Positions 8,309 to 16,181 of a stretch of 32,000 bases of DNA are shown in pieces (positions within the stretch are counted from its first letter, which is position 1; the number at the start of each line of letters is the position of its first letter). The translations under genes and the position numbers were made by a program. The stretch covers positions 1,920,001 through 1,952,000 of the forward strand of contig NC_017459.1 of the NCBI RefSeq assembly GCF_000237865.1. Reading direction: 5' to 3'. The notes beneath the pieces are model-generated. The model had not been told where the DNA came from, searched no databases, and saw only the letters and a list, made by a program, of their open reading frames with translations. This DNA is from Haloquadratum walsbyi C23. GTDB lineage: Archaea > Halobacteriota > Halobacteria > Halobacteriales > Haloferacaceae.

Positions 8309-8985
8309 CACGGTCAGATCAGCATGATGATTGACATCCTCCTCCGCGTTCACGCGGAGGAATCCCGAGCGTTGGGAGTTTCAGGTTTCACACTCCCACC
8401 GAACAACCAGCCAGTGCGAATCTGAAGGGTTGTTCGCGGTCTGATGTGGGTGGGACTGCTGGCGGTGCCAAGCCGCCGGTACTCCTATTCTCGACCATAT
8501 ACGGCGTCCAAGCGTTGTTTTTGCCGCAGGGACGCCGGCAGGCGTTAGCAAACTCGGAGTTACTTTCTGTGGTGTTTTCAAGCAGTCGGGCACAGCATCT
8601 GCATCTGCATCGGTTCAGTATCGGAACCGACCGTTCACCAGACTGGTTCCGATGATTGTCTTATTGCTTGGGGCGGACAGGCCGCCATCGTAGGACTGGC
8701 GGGAATCGCTCTGTTTCCAACCGATTCCTATTTAATCGTGTGATTGCCTGTGATTTAAATGTATGTATTTTGAAATTTAAATCGAGCGACGACAGTAGGA
8801 TTTTGGAGGGCGTGACGGCGCGTATCCACGGTCTGTAGTAGCTCACAGAAGAAGTGGGTGCTTGAGTAGACATGCATCAGTCAGAATAGTTCTCTCGCAT
8901 CGACTTAGTGAATAAGTTCACCCAGAAGTTTGTTGAATCACTAAAGGCCGTGGTATTGCGCCTGCTCAGCATATAAGTCTTGAAA
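8309..8985 (-). mobile_element. Family B repeat, copy B2, carrying a 107-bp insertion inside its LE hairpin loop
   Basis: The reverse strand begins ...TTATATGCTGAGCAGGCGCAATACCACGGCCTTTAG, then the insertion, then CAGACCGTGGATACGCGCCGTC. This is collinear with B1. It ends with C-terminal remnant GIPPRERGGGCQ, the perfect hairpin CCTCCGCG-TTCA-CGCGGAGG (8341-8360 on plus) and GATGTCAA (8331). Confidence 0.65.
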
Positions 8986-9025
8986 ACACAACCGGTTTAA
9001 TTAATCAATTACATATTTTGGAGTA

Positions 9026-9964
9026 ATGACTCAATCAGTTCGAGTGGCTGTACCTCGAAAAGGTCGCCCACTGGAGGCAGTCCTCGAACGTATTGCAATG
9101 GTTACCGATGCTGAATCCGTCGTTGACGAGGTCATTTCGACACTGCGTCACGAGAAAGCAATCACGAAGGGAAGTATCGATCCGACAATGGACGTGTACG
9201 AGCGATTGTCAACTATTTCAACTCTTCATGATGAATATAAGCCAGAATATACACTTCGGCGAGATGACCGTCCTGGGATGCCACGTCGAATTGTTTTTGA
9301 TACTCTCACAATCGACATTTCTGGTATACCAGTACAACTTATTGGTCGCGAGGAGCCGTTTCGAGCATTGCGAACACATACATTCGGGCTTGGATTCGAT
9401 AGTGCCGACCTTGTGCTCGAGGAAGTTGTTGACCTTCGGGCAGATGGGATTGACTCAATCGATGAGATTAACGCGCGAATTGATCCGATGAACACTGATG
9501 TTCGTGTTGTGACGGGACTTGGTGATACAGTATATCATACGCTACTAGCACGCCCTGACGTACTTGATTATGATGTTTCACTTGATCGATCATTCATCAT
9601 TGAGTATCAAGGAACACTGTGTATTTCTCCAAGATACGAGCGGTTGGTTGAAGCTGTTCTTGGAACATACGCACTTGATGATGTGTCGTTCAAATATCCA
9701 CATGAAGAACAACAAGAAGAAGCAGCGATTTCGAATGCCGGTGTCGGGGTATATCTAACGGTGACTGGGTCAACCGCGCGTGAACATGGACTCGTAGTTG
9801 GTGAGGAGCTGTTTCCATCTGAAACAGTGTTGATGCAGAATAATGCAGAAACAACAGCGAAAACAGACCGTGTTCGCGATATATTAGCGACTTGTGAGAT
9901 GGAAGAAATGATGACTGAAATAAACACACAATCCCTAGACGCAAACAACAAAACTACAGAGTGA
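9026..9964 (+). CDS. Divergent HisG-like (ATP phosphoribosyltransferase fold) protein; function uncertain
   Basis: The N-terminal VRVAVPRKGRPLEAVLERI resembles the HisG start (RIAxPxKGRL...LL...G). FGLGFDSADLVLEEV resembles the GIxGxDLxxE block. YLTVTGSTAREHGL resembles the HisG signature DLVSTGxTLxxNGL. A TATA-like TTTAATTAAT lies about 25 nt upstream of the ATG. Confidence 0.5.
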   Translation: MTQSVRVAVPRKGRPLEAVLERIAMVTDAESVVDEVISTLRHEKAITKGSIDPTMDVYERLSTISTLHDEYKPEYTLRRDDRPGMPRRIVFDTLTIDISGIPVQLIGREEPFRALRTHTFGLGFDSADLVLEEVVDLRADGIDSIDEINARIDPMNTDVRVVTGLGDTVYHTLLARPDVLDYDVSLDRSFIIEYQGTLCISPRYERLVEAVLGTYALDDVSFKYPHEEQQEEAAISNAGVGVYLTVTGSTAREHGLVVGEELFPSETVLMQNNAETTAKTDRVRDILATCEMEEMMTEINTQSLDANNKTTE

Positions 9965-10330
9965 ACTACCCTAACCTACCGCGCTCGGGGCTATCAGCTC
10001 CTCGCTTGTTGAGGACAGGGCTTCCTGCTTCCATGTCGGAACTTACATTCAACGTGGACACATCGGTTCCTGACTCCACAGGCGACTTCCCTTCACGAGA
10101 GGTTCAAAGTAACCCACTCCTACCGAATCGACACTCAGCCACAATCAACGGTGCGCGCTTCTTGTCGCGCTTGAACACCGTTGAAGACGTGTGAGTATCG
10201 TACTATCGGCTACGACATGATAGTAAATGTGCCAGTGGAACTGTATGAACAGATGATGACGGCGCTGTATCCCCGCCCTCGTCCTACTCACTCGCATCGC
10301 TCATTCATTGAGGACGGGGGCTTAGCACCT
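9961..10330 (-). mobile_element. Family A repeat, copy A2
   Basis: The reverse strand starts with the LE-like hairpin AGGTGCTAAGCCCCCGTCCTCAATGAATGAGCGATGCGAGTGAGTAGGACGAGGGCGGGGATACAGCGCCGTCATC. The decayed coding part translates ...SPVESGTDVSTLNVSSDMEAGSPVLNKRGADSPERGRLG*. The element ends with stem CCCT..CCT/AGG..AGGG and terminal TAGTTCAC at 9961. Confidence 0.7.
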
Positions 10331-10439
10331 GTATTCAGCTAACATCGTGCGCTTAACCCAGAGTTGATACTATTATAGAGATTCAAGAAGAATACCTGCA
10401 GCTTTCGCTATCCCCAGAAAGCTATGAATTCTGATGTGC

Positions 10440-10985
10440 AAACGAGACTAGCGGTCTCGGTAACGCAGGATGAATCCGGCAATCCGGACTCATTCCACGT
10501 TCGACTGCTCACCCAAGATTTCAATCCGTCATTTTAATTCCTAAGCAACCCTTCTCAACAGAGGGATTAGATCGGGAACAGAGCGATTCCGATTAGTTCG
10601 ACAATGGCGGCTTCGCCACCCCAAGCAATCAAACAATAATCGGACCCGGTCAGGTAAACGATTGATTACGATACTGAATCGATGCTGTGCCCGACTGGTG
10701 TGAACATACAAAAATAACTCCAAGTACGCCGAGGTCTGCCAGACTCCCCGGGGCGGGGCATAACCAACCCTGGGAGTCCCAACATGGCTGAGGATAGGAG
10801 TACTGGGGGTTGAGATGTGGCACTCCCGGTAGTCCATCCCCACTCGACACAGTCTGTGAACCTCGGACGGATTCTCAGCATAATATTTGATGGGACTGCA
10901 ACCCTGAAATCTCCACCATTCACACTCAAGATTCCTCCGCGTTCACACGAAGGAGGATGTCAATCTCATGACCTTGCGGACAAGC
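10440..10985 (+). mobile_element. Family B repeat, copy B3
   Basis: A hairpin sits at 10468-10495. The region from about 10560 is collinear with B2 (AACAGAGCGATTCC...ATGGCGGC.T..CC.CCCCAAGCAAT...). The C-terminal remnant is KIPPRSHEGGCQ, followed by a degenerate RE hairpin (10934-10956) and GATGTCAA (to 10963). The left boundary is uncertain. Confidence 0.6.
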
Positions 10986-11098
10986 AAACGGTGCGAATTC
11001 TTAATTTATATACGAAAACAAACGAACTGTGATTCGAAGATATGATACTCAGGTATTTCTCGAGAGACTACGGGTGCTCTCGGTAGATATCGGAGCTA

Positions 11099-12115
11099 TC
11101 AGGACGGATCGACTGTCGCCCGAGTGATTTGCTGGATTGCAATACTTGCGATATTTATTCCATATTCTGCGCTTCGTTTCAGACTATCAAGGAGTAATCC
11201 AAGAACGTAAGCCTCACTGGGGACATCATGATCATAGAGTTCACGGTCCAGATCTGTCAGTCGAGTTGACAAATCCTCATGCTTGGTGATTGCGGTATTT
11301 GCTGTTGTAATATCACCGTCAGTCAGGACAGCATCCGCAGCATCAGTGATTATACTTCGCGTTGCGTCACCGAGTGATGATAATGTCTCTGTATGGGTTG
11401 AAGAAATAGTCGCATCAGGTCTGAGGGTAAATCGAGCTATTTTTTCAGCGTGGTCTGCAATCCGCTCAAACTGTCGAGCAGTGTAGTAATACTCAAACAA
11501 CTCATCCCGATCAAGTGCTAGTTTCTCAACTTCATACAGATCAGTCAGTGACCGACGAAAGTGACGCGTGATCATTCTAAAGAGTTTATCTGCCTCATCG
11601 TCACGATCAATCACACGTTCGGCAAGCTCTTCATTAGTATTAATGACTGCTGAGACAGCGTCGCGATGCATTGCGAGTGTCACCAACCGAAGTCGTCGGA
11701 CACTTTTTTTAATATCAACATTCTGTGCATCAATCAGATTGGTTAGTTTGATACGGTGCTCATTGACTTCAAGCAACTCAAACCCGGACAACTCCCGGAG
11801 TGTTTCTTCAACGGTTCGGGCTTTCTCATGTCCACTGCCAGCATTGTCTCGTAATGTAACAGTGTCAAATCCAACAGCGTGTAATGCAAGAATCCGCTGT
11901 CGAAGTGCTGTCTCTGAGATTGTTGAAATATCAACTGTCACACCCTGGTCAATGCATGATCGATCAGCAGTTGCCTCAACAAGAAGTGATCCATCACCGC
12001 TTGGGTGGAGCGCAAGTACAGACCCTGATCCAATACCGTGTTCTTGAGCCCATTTTTTTGGAAGTGAGACTGTATATGTGGTCCCACCCGAAAGTTGCAC
12101 CTTTCGTGTTTCCAT
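11099..12115 (-). CDS. PhoU-domain phosphate uptake regulator with N-terminal AbrB/SpoVT-type domain
   Basis: The N-terminus METRKVQLSGGTTYTVSLPKKWAQEHGIGSGSVLALHP is the AbrB/SpoVT swapped-hairpin motif. The rest contains tandem PhoU helical repeats (RDDEADKLFRMITRH..., ARQFERIADHAEKIA). Confidence 0.85.
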   Translation of the reverse strand: METRKVQLSGGTTYTVSLPKKWAQEHGIGSGSVLALHPSGDGSLLVEATADRSCIDQGVTVDISTISETALRQRILALHAVGFDTVTLRDNAGSGHEKARTVEETLRELSGFELLEVNEHRIKLTNLIDAQNVDIKKSVRRLRLVTLAMHRDAVSAVINTNEELAERVIDRDDEADKLFRMITRHFRRSLTDLYEVEKLALDRDELFEYYYTARQFERIADHAEKIARFTLRPDATISSTHTETLSSLGDATRSIITDAADAVLTDGDITTANTAITKHEDLSTRLTDLDRELYDHDVPSEAYVLGLLLDSLKRSAEYGINIASIAIQQITRATVDPS

Positions 12116-12417
12116 ACATTACAGATGCACAGATGTAATTATATGATAGTTTATATGAGTGTGCTTGTCCACTCTTTTCATTCCAATAGGTATATACTCA
12201 CTGTAGAGAGCTATATATAATTATAGAGTCCGATTAAGATAGCGAGAATCATACTATGAGCTGATTGATTATCATATAAATTCGGCTGTTGGAGTGAATT
12301 CCTCGAGTAGCCTAAACATGTTATATTTTTTAGATGCACATATACTCAATATTTGTATGTACCACACTGTACAGTCTATAGGTTATCTCTTTATCACGGT
12401 ATTGTCATTTAGAAATT
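12116..12417. promoter_or_regulatory. Divergent AT-rich promoter region between the two PhoU-domain genes
   Basis: TATA-like CATATAATTA (minus sense, about 12136-12146) lies about 25 nt from ATG 12115. TCTTTATCA lies about 25 nt before ATG 12418. Both genes therefore look leaderless. There is an inverted repeat ATTACA-N10-TGTAAT at 12117-12138 and a perfect 10-bp palindrome ACTGTACAGT at 12366-12375. Confidence 0.45.
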
Positions 12418-13455
12418 ATGTCTAATAGAACATGGCGACGGCCGCATGATGCCACTCGACAGGGTCGTGATGCAACACTTGCCCAAGTCATTGATACGAT
12501 TGATCAGACAGCACCACCGACAAAAGCAGCACTTGCAGAACAGATCGGTATCTCAGAGCAATATGCTTCAGAATTATTACAAGATCTCAAAGCTGATAAT
12601 ATTGTACGGAAGGGGTATGTGGTTGATAATGAACGTGTCTATCAGTCTGTAGATATCGTATCGCGACTTAATAACCAGACAACTTCACAAGCGACAACAA
12701 CAGAATCCGCTGGGGCAGATGCTAATCAGACACATACAGCGAGAAAAACCCGTGATTCTGGTACGGATGTGTCTGAGAGTAACGCACAGACAGGTATCGA
12801 TGCACTCTCATCGACGCTTACTGAGGGATTACAGACAACCGGGAATGAGCGCAGTGCTTCTGTCTTAGACCTATTAAATCGGCTTAATACGGTGACGACA
12901 ACACAATATCATGCTGCTCATGATGCGTTTCTTGATAATAAACCGGACCAACCAGCAGGAACGCTTGAGTCGCTCGCAAATGAGCGGTATTCCGCAGTGT
13001 TGAGTGAACTCAAATCATATACACTGACAACGAATTGGCCAGGTAATCGCATCGCAGCAGATCTTTCAACAATCGCAACAAATCTTGAAATTGTCGGTGA
13101 TCGAGCCTGTTTTATCGCTGATGTCGTTACGCGTGAGCAACCTCCTGCAACAGGTGTCATCGAGAAACGCGTGAGCGATATTTTCGAAGCGGGCGATGCA
13201 ATCAATTCACACCTCGAGACAATTCTTTTTGAGTGTCATCTTAGTGCTCATGAGCAGTTGGTAGCTCTTGAAAAGACCGTCCATCGAGATCTTGATGAAT
13301 TATTTGAACTGGTAACGGCGTACGACCCAGAGATGTATGGATATCTCGTAACCATCACACGTGCACTTGAGCGTGCGATTCACTACTGGGTTGATGCCGC
13401 TGAACTCGCAGTCCAGGTTCACTCTGGTCTTCAACCAGAACATACGAGAATTTGA
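12418..13455 (+). CDS. Winged-HTH + PhoU-domain transcriptional regulator
   Basis: The N-terminal wHTH-like block is TKAALAEQIGISEQYASELLQDLKADNIVRKGYVV. A Thr/Ser-rich linker follows. The C-terminal PhoU-like repeats are NRIAADLSTIATNLEIVGDRACFIADVV and ITRALERAIHYWVDAAE. Confidence 0.75.
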   Translation: MSNRTWRRPHDATRQGRDATLAQVIDTIDQTAPPTKAALAEQIGISEQYASELLQDLKADNIVRKGYVVDNERVYQSVDIVSRLNNQTTSQATTTESAGADANQTHTARKTRDSGTDVSESNAQTGIDALSSTLTEGLQTTGNERSASVLDLLNRLNTVTTTQYHAAHDAFLDNKPDQPAGTLESLANERYSAVLSELKSYTLTTNWPGNRIAADLSTIATNLEIVGDRACFIADVVTREQPPATGVIEKRVSDIFEAGDAINSHLETILFECHLSAHEQLVALEKTVHRDLDELFELVTAYDPEMYGYLVTITRALERAIHYWVDAAELAVQVHSGLQPEHTRI

Positions 13456-13457
13456 AC

Positions 13458-13583
13458 GTGAGTGAGTTTAGCTCGTCGGGTAGTTCCGAGGTTGTGGATG
13501 GAAAGCGCGTCATAGAAACAGGAAGCCCCACCCTCAAGTAGCGACCGGTGCAAGCCGTGAGCGAGTAGGGTGGGGTAGTTCAC
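13458..13583 (+). mobile_element. Family A repeat, copy A3: RE-proximal fragment only
   Basis: The plus strand translates ...VDGKRVIETGSPTLK*. A perfect 9-bp stem follows, CCCCACCCT (13526-13534) / AGGGTGGGG (13567-13575), and then terminal TAGTTCAC (to 13583). It starts immediately after the stop of the PhoU-domain gene. Confidence 0.6.
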
Positions 13584-13639
13584 AGAGAGCAAGTGATTTT
13601 ATTTGCCCGTCGCTACTGCCACTCAGATTATTTTATTAT

Positions 13640-14281
13640 TTAATCAGACGGCGCGTACATATCAAGGAACATCTCAAGATCACGGAATGCAGCAATTCGT
13701 TCACTGAGTGTTTCGTGACTCCAGTGCCACCATTCAGTTGACTCAATACGAGCTGCTATTTCTGGCGCGAATCGACGACGAATAACCGATGCAGGCACGC
13801 CGGCAACAACAGTGTATGGAGAAACATCATCGGTGACGACTGAACCGGCAGCAATGACAGCACCATTACCAATCTCAACGCCTGGTAGGATAGTTGCGCC
13901 ATGACCAATCCACACATCATGACCGATAGTTACTGGATGGTCTGATCGCCACTCAAATACCGTCTCATCGTCGCTGCCGAGATCATACATGGCTGCGCGA
14001 TAGCTAAAGTGATGTGCGGTTGGGCGGGTAATCGGGTGATTTGTCGGTCCCAATCGGGCATCACTCGCGACACTCACAAACTTCCCAACAGATGTGTAGT
14101 CTAATTGAACGCGCTCCATGAGATAACTGTAATCATCGAGTGTTGATTCACTAACACGAGCGTATGAGCGAACATCTGTCCACCTCCCGAGATTGCTCTC
14201 GGTGATATGGACCGGATCATGTAACGTCGGTTCTGGACTGAGCGAATCGATACGTGTCGGTCCATATGACTCGATGTACAT
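13640..14281 (-). CDS. Hexapeptide-repeat acyltransferase of the phosphonate-metabolism-associated subfamily (XAT/CatB-like)
   Basis: It has left-handed beta-helix repeats [51 protein letters not shown], plus the N-terminal [24 protein letters not shown] and C-terminal [10 protein letters not shown] blocks I associate with the phn-linked transferase family. It lies 6 nt downstream of phnE. Confidence 0.8.
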   Translation of the reverse strand: MYIESYGPTRIDSLSPEPTLHDPVHITESNLGRWTDVRSYARVSESTLDDYSYLMERVQLDYTSVGKFVSVASDARLGPTNHPITRPTAHHFSYRAAMYDLGSDDETVFEWRSDHPVTIGHDVWIGHGATILPGVEIGNGAVIAAGSVVTDDVSPYTVVAGVPASVIRRRFAPEIAARIESTEWWHWSHETLSERIAAFRDLEMFLDMYAPSD

Positions 14282-14287
14282 GGCTAA

Positions 14288-15295
14288 TCAGCGCTCACGT
14301 CGACCAGCTGTTGCAGTAATGATTTTCTTAGGGGCAGTGATTATCGCTTCAAGAATCCCAGTTTCTTCGACTTCATCATCGTCACGAAGATATGAGCGAA
14401 CTCGCTGGCTGAGGAGTTCGACTGACCCGGCTAGAAGAACAACAAGAAGAATACAAGCCATCATCTCAGTGTAATGGAACGTTTTTCGTTGGATATCAAG
14501 CTCAAGCCCAAGTCCGCCTGCGCCAATAAGACCAAGTCCAATTGCGACTCGGACATTGTGTTCAAGATCGAATGCAATCCACGCAATGAATTGTCGGAAG
14601 ACTTGACTCAGCATCCCAAAGGAGACAATCTGGCTTTTGTTTGCGCCGGTGCTTTGGATTCCCTCAATTGGACCATCAGCGATTTCTTCAAGTTCATCAG
14701 TAAATAGTCGCCCAAGATATCCTGTTGTGTCAATCATAATCGCCAGTGTCGCAGTAAATGGCGTGACCCCACCAAGCGGAATCAGAATTAAGACCCACAC
14801 AAGTGCTGGGATTGCACGAATAAGGCTCATTGTTGCACGAAATACAAAATTGAATGGGTATGGGACGACACGCTCACTTGCCATGATACCAAATAATAAT
14901 GCCCCGGGAAGCCCAAGTATCGTTCCAGCAATCGCAATCGCAATCGTAATTTGAGAGGCGGCAAAGAGATTTTCCGCGATAATGAAGTTCCAATACTGCA
15001 TGAAATCAATAAATGGAATTCCATAATACGTTGTTGGAGGGAAGTACTCTCCAAGTGCTTCGGTGAACTGTGGAATCTGTGCAAATAACTCAGTAAGTGA
15101 AAAACCAACAGCATTTAGACTTGCATTGAATACAATTGCTGCTATGACAATACCGAGACCAGCGTATAGCCGGCGAACTGTCTTACGTCTGCGAAGATCG
15201 GTTAATTTTTTCTCGACTGAAGAGTCCCCGACAGAGGCAAGTCCAAAGTACTGTAACAGGTCGCGGAGTCGAGAGTCAGATGATTGAGAACTCAT
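14288..15295 (-). CDS. phnE: Phosphonate ABC transporter permease PhnE
   Basis: It is a multi-TM protein with the PhnE-type EAA-loop region (IDTTGYLGRLFTDELEEIADGPIEGIQSTGANKSQIV). It overlaps phnC by 4 nt (ATGA). Confidence 0.9.
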   Translation of the reverse strand: MSSQSSDSRLRDLLQYFGLASVGDSSVEKKLTDLRRRKTVRRLYAGLGIVIAAIVFNASLNAVGFSLTELFAQIPQFTEALGEYFPPTTYYGIPFIDFMQYWNFIIAENLFAASQITIAIAIAGTILGLPGALLFGIMASERVVPYPFNFVFRATMSLIRAIPALVWVLILIPLGGVTPFTATLAIMIDTTGYLGRLFTDELEEIADGPIEGIQSTGANKSQIVSFGMLSQVFRQFIAWIAFDLEHNVRVAIGLGLIGAGGLGLELDIQRKTFHYTEMMACILLVVLLAGSVELLSQRVRSYLRDDDEVEETGILEAIITAPKKIITATAGRRER

Positions 15296-16137
15296 GATTC
15301 TACTTGCCGCCCAATAACATCTACCTCATCAGTATCATCACTACCGGTTTCGGTGTCGAAACGAGTACCATCAGAAGTATTTACAGTTGAGTTATCGCTA
15401 TTATCAGTTGCAAGCCCAACCGTCTCGACATTTCCATAGAGATCGTCAACGAGACCTGGGGTAAGTTTCTCAGGACTGACGTCAAAGAGTATCTCACCAT
15501 CGCGGAGTCCAATAAATCGTTCACCAAAGTAAGCTGCAATATTTACTTGATGAAGACTGACGAGTGCAGTAACTTCATGAACGCTTGCTGCTTTTTTGAG
15601 ATAGTCCATTACACTCTCTGCACTTGAGGGATCGAGGCTTGCAACAGGTTCGTCCGCAAGAAGTAATGCTGGATCCTGTACAAGTGCTCGTGCAATTCCA
15701 ACACGCTGTTGTTGCCCACCACTCATCTGTGAGGTACGCTGATGTGACTCCTCAAGAAGGCCAACGGTCTGAAGTGCTTCAAGCGCGCGTTCTTTTGTCT
15801 CTTTATTTTGCTGTTGTAATAGACTGCTAACTGTCGACGTTCGATCAAGTGAACCAGTAAGTGCATTCATATACGCTGAAACACCATCAACGAGATTGTG
15901 TTGCTGGAATATCATCCCAATGTCAGAGCGTGAGCCATTGATCGGATCCCCATTAAGTCGAATCTCTCCTTCGGTTGGATGTGTTAGTCCGTTAACACAG
16001 CGGAGCATCGTTGACTTTCCAGCTCCTGATTCACCGAGAAGGACAACAAATTCATCTTCAATCTCGAATGAGACTGAATCGAGTGCAACGACGTCACCAT
16101 ATGTTTTTGTTACGTTATCTACAGTAAGTGTGCTCAT
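15292..16137 (-). CDS. phnC: Phosphonate ABC transporter ATP-binding protein PhnC
   Basis: It has Walker [13 protein letters not shown] signature [15 protein letters not shown], Walker [13 protein letters not shown] and a PhnC-like N-terminus. It also carries an acidic C-terminal tail. Confidence 0.9.
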   Translation of the reverse strand: MSTLTVDNVTKTYGDVVALDSVSFEIEDEFVVLLGESGAGKSTMLRCVNGLTHPTEGEIRLNGDPINGSRSDIGMIFQQHNLVDGVSAYMNALTGSLDRTSTVSSLLQQQNKETKERALEALQTVGLLEESHQRTSQMSGGQQQRVGIARALVQDPALLLADEPVASLDPSSAESVMDYLKKAASVHEVTALVSLHQVNIAAYFGERFIGLRDGEILFDVSPEKLTPGLVDDLYGNVETVGLATDNSDNSTVNTSDGTRFDTETGSDDTDEVDVIGRQVES

Positions 16138-16181
16138 AATAATTATCTTTAATAAAAGAGTTAGTTGATTGCTACCAGGGA

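Noticed and set aside
8331-8336. TTGACA at the start of the family B hairpin region as a bacterial -35 promoter box.
   Set aside because: The genome context is archaeal, where promoters are TATA/BRE-based. The hexamer is simply the reverse complement of the conserved ...TGTCAA RE terminus.
11568-12047. Long antisense ORFs inside confident genes (for example 11568-12047, 12918-13205, 14637-14954, 21088-21432, 21992-22300, 25340-25834, 28095-28445, 28599-28886) as overlapping genes.
   Set aside because: Their products are Ser/Arg/Cys-rich and basic. They mirror the codon structure of the acidic genes on the opposite strand, which is the usual shadow-ORF artefact.
12123-12339. 9-mer AGATGCACA occurring twice in the phoU divergent promoter (about 12123 and about 12331) as a regulator half-site.
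   Set aside because: A shared 9-mer within a 300-bp AT-rich region is close to chance expectation, and the flanks do not align.
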